Assembly (NCBI GenBank): GCA_002269645.1
Contig: NIVC01001242.1
Span: forward strand, 62,001 to 126,000
Length of the DNA stretch: 64,000 nt
Source: Macrostomum lignano
Lineage: Eukaryota
Reading direction: 5' to 3'
Shown here: piece after piece, positions 49,380-59,500 of the stretch
How the letters are laid out: every line of letters begins with the position of its first letter
How positions within the stretch are numbered: position 1 is the first letter of the stretch
Made by a program: the position numbers and the translations under genes
Notes under the pieces: model-generated
The model's input: only the letters and a program-made list of their open reading frames with translations
What the model was told of the DNA's origin: nothing
The model's database searches: none

Positions 49380-51309
49380 AGCGCCAATATCGAAAACTCG
49401 ATCTGTCTGATAGAACAGGGACATGTTTTTGTTTCTCATATTAAACTTTGGTGACTTTAGAGAATGATTCATATAATAATAAATATATTATAATATCCAC
49501 TAAAATATATCAGGCAATGGTTTTTAAACCACGTAGCGTGGACGTTTTTTACTTACTTTGCTGTTCTGAAGAGACTTCACGCAAAGTTGCTTATGGTTTT
49601 TTAAGTATAGGGAGCTAAATCCACTGGTCAATATGCAGCAAATCCAGTAATAATTTTATTATGTACTTAGACAATTCTTGTGAATATTTATATACATTGC
49701 AACCTAACTTTCCTGCCAAACATGTCGAAACAAAAATACAAAAATAATCTCACTAACAGGGAAACAAGTTTGTCTGAGTTAAACTGCAAGGATACGAGCT
49801 CTAAAAACGTACATGTATCATTACGATAGAAATGTTAATGTACGTCATTGTACTATGTACTCGCGTACACGCTATAGTAGTATCATATATACTGCGCTGC
49901 TCGAGAAAAGCTAGAAAAAATGTATTGGGCGTTGAGCGCAATTATGTTTTTTACCCTGAGCTCAATCTTAGCATCAACAATGATAAAACAAAAGACGGGG
50001 GGTAAAGACGGTGCGGCATTTGCACAGACAACTAGGCTGTAGAGGGGCGGACGCTGAGAATATTTGAGCGAATCGCGTCTCAGATTGTTAACTTGCTACG
50101 ACCCTCTGTCCCTCCCCCTGAAAAACACGCGTGTCTTGTCTAGTTTTTTAATGAAGATGTTTACCTATTCTGCTAAAAATAGTCACTGGGTAACGCATTC
50201 TCACGCCGACAGGCTACTTGCTGTCTGGAGAAAGATTGAATACGGATCTGCAAATTAGAGAAAAAAATTAGAAGATTAGAAGAAAAATAAAATTATTAGT
50301 CAAGAAGTAACCCGGTTTCCACCCAGAACACTTTTCACCAATCTGATTTTTTGATATTCGACAATATTAATTGAAGTATTTAGTTAAGCAGGAATCACTC
50401 TTATTTTCCCTCTATCCATCCTCTATCTCTCCTCGCTCATCCGTAGGATGAATACCGCTTGACGCCTAACATCAGATCCCTAAGATTCCCCTAAGATTAT
50501 CGCCTTCATTAAACACCAGATCGAATCGAAAAGAAGCATTACCTATACGTAAACGTCACCACTGACTCAGTCATCCAGGCAACACAGCAAATACCGATAA
50601 TGACAGTCTGCTTATTATTCAACAAACATGTGTGAACTGAGTACCATCCTTGAGCTGAATTTTCTATCACCAAACAAGTGACAATACACAAGAAAGTTTC
50701 ATCTTGCAAGAAACCAGTCAAACAGACCCTCTGTTGTCTTCTTTGGCTCTCTAAAAATGTTTGACGATACTAAACGAAATTGGAAGATTAAAAAAGGATA
50801 CCTCCAGGTGTGAGAATCTGTTTTATGATTTCTGAAAATACAGACAGTGAACTCCTGTGTTTGACTAGGAATTGGCATTTAGCTTCTTTGTACTCGTAAA
50901 TCAATAATGAAGTTCAATTATGGACGGACCTACTGTGTCATTTTGAATAGAAAGTTGAGCTGTCTGCCACATGAAAGAAAATTAAACTATTGCTTGAGCA
51001 TTCCTTTACTTGAAAGCATGAAAATGGAATACTTAAAATCAATAAGCGAGAACAAATGAGATGGCAAAACAAAAGTTTGTGTCAAATGAATAAAGGGCTT
51101 AAACTTACAAGATACGCTCGTATCGGCCTACAATTAATTACATCGTCTAAAATAAATTAGCATGTTTTACAACGCCGAAACTTTCACAAGCTCAAAATTT
51201 CAGCAAAACAAAAAGGTATGCATTAACTTTTATCAGAACGTCTATATTCGCCCTCCCAATGGTTATTTACTTTAAAAGTAACACCTTTGCTTAGTGTTAT
51301 ACCGTAATG

Positions 51310-51570
51310 TATCCATGTGCCCTTCCTAAACCCCATGTGCCCTCCCCATACCCCATTTCCCTTCCCATACCCTATGCCCTCCATATACTCATGTGCCCTC
51401 CCCATACCCAATGTGAATTCCCCACACACCATATGCCCTCCCCATACTCCATGTGCCCTCCCATACCCAATGTGAATTCCCCACACCCCATATGCCCTCC
51501 CCATACCCCATGTGCCTTCCCCATACCTTATTTGTCCTCCTCATATCTCTGTGCCTTCCACATACCCATG
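51310..51570. repeat. ~20-bp degenerate minisatellite (CCCCATGTGCCCTCCCCATA)
   Basis: Direct reading. Confidence 0.75.
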
Positions 51571-53599
51571 ATTTCTTCTAAAATATATGTACCCTGCCAA
51601 GCCCCTCCGTATTCCTCAAGACACCTTTACAAAGTGATCGGACATACTGATTCTAATTATATCCCTGCTAATTAAACTGCTAATTAAAAACTTGTGAAAA
51701 TAAATTATTAGTATTACCCAAATATTCCATTTAGCCAATGTCCATTTAACAACATATTTGATGCAAATGTTTTTTTGCAAGAAAATTCTTCTACATTCGC
51801 CAGTATCCAGAAGGTCGTAAAAAACCACTGTAATTTCATTGTTAGTCATTTTAATCGGTTCTTAGCTGAAATGTAAAAATACGCAAAAAACTATGTAATT
51901 TTATTAAACTTACTAAGAGTTTACTCTTACCTATCGATCATTATGCTAACAAAAATAGTCTGACTCCTAAACTATCCGCATCATAACAAAATTGAACAAA
52001 TACAGTAAGTTACCTATGCTAAAAATATATTTGAAAAGAACAAGCTCTTATACAACTGAAGAAAAAAATAATGAAGGGCATCAACCTTCAGTGCCTCAAA
52101 AGCCGATGCGCTTTGACAAAAACGGTTATCTTCAGAGCTTACACCACACCAAACAGCAAATCAGTATGTTTAACTTGCAATCAAAGAAAGAAATGAAACT
52201 CTAGCACTGAATTCATCAAATATAGACCCATGTTTGTATAAATTCTCATCAAAATCGGTCGAACAGATGCAGAGATATGAGGGGTGTCTAAGAATTTTTT
52301 GAATGCACTAAGGTACATTGATGATTTTTAAAGGAAACAACCTCCCGTCCTGAAAGCCAGCTAGCCTAAGATATAAGATCCTTATGAGCGTTGGTTGAAA
52401 GCAAATCGGCAACCCCAATGAGTCAAGCATTTTGGCAATCCTCCCATAAGATTTGACAATTGAGCGATTTCCAAAATAAATCAGTATACTTAAAGTGTTG
52501 TAGTAGGTCGTCTACTCTGTTTTCATCTATGAAAATTGTAATGTACATTTAACGGTTGGACTGAAACCGAACTTTCTACTGCCCAGTGCCGTTTTTGACT
52601 AATTAAATAAATATACTGTTCTGATGCGTGGTGACGTGTAAGCCTTAAAGATGAGAGCTTGTATCAAAACGCGATGGGTTTACCCTTGAATATTGGTGGT
52701 GTCCTTAATTCTTTTATTATTTGTTAAACCAGCATTTCTGCGGGCAATAAAGAAGGACGATCTTGATTAATCTCGCTAGGACGATCAGTACATCAAAACT
52801 ATAGATTATAAAAATGTAAACAGATCAGCATTGATCCAGCTAATGAGCATTGATCAATTAAAAAGCACACACAAGCGTATTAATGATACTACTCTTCAGG
52901 TACCAATCAATACGTCAAAATAATTGACCTTTTGTTGATTTCTAGAGTAAAAGCTTGAATACAAAAAACTTATCGGGAATAATATTTGAATACATTGAGT
53001 TAAAAGATAAAAAGCGGAAAAGTAAAAAAATAGATTAAAAAATCTAGATTAAAAACATTGATACGGTTAGAGCAGTCGCTGATCAATACGATTTTTTTGG
53101 TTCGCAACGTTGAAATATTCAAAATATAGCTTTAACAACAGTTCTTGATTAGAGCTTTAAAAAAGACGAATAACTTTTCTCGCGAACGGATTCATACTTC
53201 CGAGTGTAGTGTGAGTTGCAGTGCTTTGTATCCGTAACGTAAAAATATATATTTTTGCAGACACCGTACCACAGAAAGTGTTAAGGCAAGCCTGCTCATT
53301 CCGCTGCCTCCTGAGCACATTCATGTACAAGAGCGCCAATACTGTACGCAAGCACGCACTCGCTCACACGCTCACACAGGGTGTAAAGCAACTCTCATGG
53401 GTATATGAATCGGATGACAAAGTAGTAAATGTTACTGCGCATGGAACCGAACTAGCTGTGGCGTTGTGGCGCAGGGGTCAATCGGCTGCCCCGCTATAGA
53501 ATTAAAAACACATACTTGCTTTAAAAAAATTGTTTTAAACAAAAACTAAGAGATATTTAATCAGATGTTGGTTTGTTTCATATATCACACAGTATTTTT

Positions 53600-56500
53600 T
53601 CACGCGAGCTGGATTGAACTGAACTTGGCTGAATTGTTACTCAAATTATCGTAGGTGTGGTCATCGGTCGACGTTTCATATACACCAGCATAAGGCGATT
53701 CTGTTGCTTCGGTCGGCTGACCTCCAACACTGAGCTGCTGCAATGCAATTAGAATTCATATCCAAGTGATATTTTTAGCAATGCAGCAGAACCGCCTTAT
53801 CGTTCAAAGGGAAATATCTTACATGCATCCGAATGCGGTCATAATCAGCAAAGGTGTAAGGAGTTTCGTCCTCTGTGTCAGGTTCCGGCGTGCATTTACC
53901 CTAGGAATTAACGAATCATAGAATACAAATTTAATAATAAACAGAACAGTACTAAACGATCATAACATTTATCATAACAAAGCACTACTAAGAAAAAGAA
54001 GCTTACCTGAACAAAATCTTCTTGTGGCGGAGATGGAGCACTGCTTGTGAAGGAACCTTTACCCTGCAACTGACTCCTCTAAAATTTTAACAAAAAAACT
54101 CAGGATTGTTACTCAAACTATGTAGCTCGTAGACCTACACCCGTAATTCATACCAATCAATAAACATACATGCCACTACAACTTACCGATCGATATCGAA
54201 CAATGAAAATAACAATGCCACACGTAAAAGCCGAAGACAGTGTTACACTGACCACAACCAAGATTGAATAGAAACCAATTGAGCCGACAAAACCAGTTGA
54301 ACATTCTGATGAAGCTAAAATACGATGTGCGGGCTTAAGATAAAATGAATCGTCTTAAAAACTGTACGCAGGATAAACTTAGTGCGAAACCTACCATGCG
54401 ATTTCAAACACAGATACCCATCAGCTGTTTTGTACTTGAATGACCCGTTAAATGGCCACGGAAGAGTTTCATGGTTATAATTTGCTGAGTGGCTTCTCTC
54501 TAAACACACTTCGTCGCTACCGCACGGATTCGGGCTGCATTCTGAGTTGTCAACTGAGCAGTCCGTTCCAGAATAGCCGGGGTGGCACACGCAACTGAAA
54601 AAAAGTCTGATTGCATTCAAACCTAAGTATTATTTAATAATGCCATAATTAGCAAAAAATACTCACGAAGCCTTTGACGACGTGCACGTTCCTCCGTTTC
54701 TGCATGGCAAATATACCTCACAAATATCAAGCGACGAGCTCAAGACGACACCTGAAGACTCACTGGCTGCCACTGCTCCTGACAGAGCAAGGTAAAATGG
54801 GGAAGAACTCAAAATCAGTGGCCTAGCCTCATTCAATCTCGGATGGGAAATTATTCCCCGAAATCCAGTCACGCCTGAAGGCATCGCAGCCCAGATGCTG
54901 GCTGGAAAAACAGGCAGAGATCGCTTTGATCTGCCGCCGGTGCTTGGCGGTGATGCGCCACTGAAGCCGCCGATGATGAGCTGGCCTGACAGCTGCGGCA
55001 GCGGACTCGCACTGCTCAGCGATGCCGACCTGACTGAAGATGACACTGACAGCGACAGCGAGCGACCCGATATAGACACGGAGATCTTCACGGAGACGAA
55101 GCTGCCGGTGGCCACCGAGTCTGAGGACGTCAGCGCTGCGATGTGGGAGCCGTTGCCGTGCAGTAACTGGGCGGACAGACGGCCAGAGTGATCGATCTGA
55201 AAAGATTGAAACAAATACTGACTTTGCAGTGAGCTGCAAGTGTACTTGTATGCGCCAGTCGCTAGAGCGGGGTGGGGGTTGCTATTGTACAGCATGTACG
55301 TGCTCTTCACCCACCCCTGTCTCTATCTTTTATACCCAGTTATGTAACAATCGTTGTATCGTATTTAACCTGCGTATCGATCTAATAAACGCCAAGAGGC
55401 TTCGTCAACTCTCAGTTGTATCTCTCTGCCTTAGTCTACAACTGGTAGCAGAGCAAATTATTCTAGAATGGCTGAGAAAGGTTTGACCGCCAGTGCAGTG
55501 CTGCCCAGAGTTTTCAGTACCGGCAACTTTAAGGAATGGCTGCAGCGTTTCAATGTATGCGCAAAAGTCAACAAGTGGGACACGTGCAAAGCGGAGCGAC
55601 TGGCCACATTTTTGGATGGCGAGGCTCTCGTCGTTTATTTGGAACTGTCGGCAGGAGATCAGGCAGACTACGACAAAGTAGTCCAGGCATTGGATGATGC
55701 ATTCCACCCGAACGGCGAGCACTTCGCCGTCATGGAGGCGTTCAAATCAAGGAAGATTTTGTCAAATGAGACTCCACGCATGTATCTTTACGAGTTAAAG
55801 AAGATGCTCAAAAGCTCCTCCGTGGACAACAAAGATGCTCAAGAGGCTCTGCTGTTCCATCAGTTCGTCTGTGGCCTTCCCGAATCCGTGAGCTGGCAGA
55901 TTCGCGCGGACTCCAGCGTTAAGACCTCAGAGCAAGCTCTTCAAAAGGCCCAGCTAATGATGCAGCACAGCTCGCCAAGTATCCCAGCAGCAGCGGTGCA
56001 ACCTCAGTCGAGCCAATCCAGCGAAGTTCAGGAGCTGCGGGACACTGTGCAGAGTCTGCAGGCATCGGTGAGCACCCTGAGTTCCCAGCTGCAGCAGCTG
56101 GCAGCCTGTGGAGTGAGGACGAGCAGCACAACGAGACCTCAGCACCGTTCGAAGTCTGACATCATCTGCTACAACTGCCACAAGGCCGGCCACATTGCCA
56201 GAGATTGCTACAGCAGGCGACAGCCGGGAAACGCCAGAGGCTGGGGTGTGCGGGCCCGCAACCCCGGCCAGCAGTAACTGCGGGCCCAGCAGCAGCGGCT
56301 TCAAGGCCGGCGCTCACAGTCGGCGGGATCTTCGACGGATGCAGCGTCGCGCCCGACCGACTATCGCAGTGTGAGTGCAAGCTTGATGGCAGAAGTGTGA
56401 AGGCGCTGTTAGACACCGGAAGCCAGTGCTCACTAGTTGAGTCCAGCATCCTGACAAAATCCCAGCTCAGACAGGCAACTGCAGCCAGAGTGCAACTTCA

Positions 56501-59500
56501 TTCAGTGAACAAGCAGCCAATTAGCATAGAACGGCAAATCGAATTGCCACTTACAGTCGGTGGAGTGACAGCCCGGCAATTGTTTTTCGTTGTGTCAAGT
56601 TTGGTCTGCCCTGTCATTGTTGGAGTCGACTTCATCGGCAAGCATAATTTGCAACTGGACTTCACAGGATCTTCACAAGAAGCCGGCCAAGTCTGCAGCA
56701 CCAGATTCCAGGCTGACACCGACGATCCAGTTGACATCGAAGACGCACTCGTCCCCGAGTTCAGCTGTGAAGAGTTCGAGTTGCCGACTACCGACGACGG
56801 AGGCTATTTTCAAATTCCGATGGCAGAAGAAGACAAGCTAAAAACTGCTTTCTGTCCGGGACCAGGGATGCCGCTGTACCAATTTAAGAGAATGCCCCAA
56901 GGTCTGTCGGGGGCCCAAGTACATTCTGCATGCTAATGTCAAAAGTTTTCAACGGCTGCGATTTCGTCTTCACGTTCTTCGATGACAGCCTCTGCTTCTC
57001 AAAGACCAAGTCGGATCATCTGCGGCAACTTCGAGAGACCTTCGAGCGACTTCGAGCAGCCGGACTGACATTAAGAGGCTCCAAGTGCAAGATCGCGGTA
57101 CCCGAAGTGACCTTTCTCGGCACACGGTATTCAAAGGATGGTGTCCAGCCCAGCCAGGAGAAGCTGGAGGCAATTCAGCAGTGGAGAGAGCCGAGGTCAG
57201 CCAAGGAGGTGCGTCAGTTTATCGGCCTGTGCAACCAATACTGACGCCATGTAGCCAACTTCGCTGCCATCGCCGCACCGCTGCACCATCTGACTGGCAA
57301 GGGCGTCCCATTTGACTGGACTTCGGAATGCCAGACGGCCTTCGACGAGCTCAAAAGGTGCCTAATTAGTCCTCCGATCCTGGTGAACCCGGATTTCACT
57401 AAGGAGTTCTCAGTCTTCACGGATGCCAGTGGCAGCGGAGTCGGTGCAGTTCTGAAGCAAGGCGAGGCGGTCATCGAGTTCTCAAGCCGCGCATTCAATT
57501 CAGCTGAGAAGAAATACTCTGCAACAGAAAAGGAGTGCCTGGCCATCTTGCACGCATTCAAAGTTTTTCGCCACTATCTTCTCGGCAAGCATTTCACGGT
57601 GCACACGGATCACTGCCCGCTCACCTACATCGATTCACAGAGAGTTGACAGCTACGGCAGGCTAGAACGATGGCGTCTGCTGCTTCAAGAGTTTGACTTC
57701 ACCGTCAAGTACCGAAGAGGCGTTGAGAACACAGATGCTGACGCGCTGTCCAGACTGCACGGCCAAGAAGTCGCAGCTACGCAGCTGACTCCGGAAATCG
57801 ACACTGAAGAGCTCAAAACTGCGCAGCGACATGACTCGGAGCTCAGCCAGGTGATTCAGGCGATGGACAAGGACGCAGAAATTGCACCCAGATGGCGAGC
57901 AGGACCACTGCAGCAACTCGGCAGAATCTGGAAGAAGCTGAAGCTGGATGATGACGGTGTTCTACTGCGCAAGTTCAATGACCCGGACGGCCTGCGGGAG
58001 GTTCCAGTGGTGCCAGCGCGGCTTCGACAACAGTTCTTGACCAACGCTCACGAAGGTCTGGGAGGTCATTTCGGAGCCGAGAAATGCTACCGCACACTGA
58101 AACTGACTGCCTACTGGCCCGGCATGGCTGAAGACATCGTGCAACACTGCCAGAGTTGTTCTGTCTGTCAGGAGAAGAAAGCGGGCTCGCGGACCAGCGC
58201 GCCGCTCGGAGAACTGCCAATCGGCTCGCCGTGGGATTCTGTGGCTATCGACATCGTCAAGGTGGCGCCATCATCGCGCGGCAACAAATACCTGCTGGTG
58301 GCTCAGGATCAGTTTTCCAAGTACCTGACGGCCGTGGCGATTCCTGACCAGACTGCTGAGACTACTGCTCGCGCCTTCCTCTCCATCTGCTCCCAAACTG
58401 GACTTCCCCGAGTCATCCACTCCGATAAAGGACCGAATTTCGAGTCTCAGCTTTTTCAAGACACTCTGCGAGGCCTGGGAGTCACGAAGACAAGAAAAAC
58501 GGCTTACAATCCCAAAGGCAACGGATTAGCAGAGTCGGGCAACAAGTCAGTGCTGCAGTTACTCAGGTGTTTCACCGAGCGAGAGAGCGAGTGGGAGGAC
58601 AAGCTGCCACTGATCCTGCTGTCCTACAATTCCCGGGTGCACTGCTCAACACAGCTGCCGCCACTGAAGGTGTTCACCGGGCGCGATCCGAGCCTGCCGG
58701 TCATCAGCCAGCAGTCCAGGCGATTCTATGACGTGCGCACCTACGCCGACAAGCTCGAGGGCGACCTGCTGCGAATTCGAGAGTTTGTCGAGGAGCATCT
58801 GGTGCAGGCGGCTGGCGAGCAAACGAGCGGCTACGACAGGTCGACCGGGCAGCTGCGCACGTTCAGTCCTGGAGACGAGGTTCTGCTGCGCATCGAGCTG
58901 AGGGGCTCCAAGCTGGCGCCGTACTGGGAGCCGGGCTGGCAGGTGCTTTCGCAGCGGGATCTGGTAGTCGAAATTCGAAAGATCGAGAACGGCCGGACCC
59001 GCAGGGTGAATGTGAATCGTCTGCGGCCGCGGATCCTGCCAGTCCCTGACGGAGAGCGCTTCCTGCAGCCGCCCTTTGCGCACGCGGCACACGGCGGCGA
59101 TGAGGCGGACGAGGAGCCGCCCCCGAGACGCTACCCGATGCGTAGGCGGATGCCGGTGGATCGCTATGTGGCCGGTTGAATTTTTGATTGACTCAGTGAC
59201 TGTTCTACTGACTGTTGCGAATTATTTGAAAGCGAGAAATTCTTTATACCAATATTGTTTCGAATGTTTTACTGTTCTTATGTTTCCTTCGAATTATTCG
59301 TTCGAATGTTATTGATCTTTTTCGCCGGGGAGGATTGCAGTGAGCTGCAAGTGTACTTGTATGCGCCAGTCGCTAGAGCGGGGTGGGGGTTGCTATTGTA
59401 CAGCATGTACGTGCTTTTCACCCACCCCTGTCTCTATCTTTTATACCCAGTTATGTAACAATCGTTGTATCGTATTTAACCTGCGTATCGATCTAATAAA

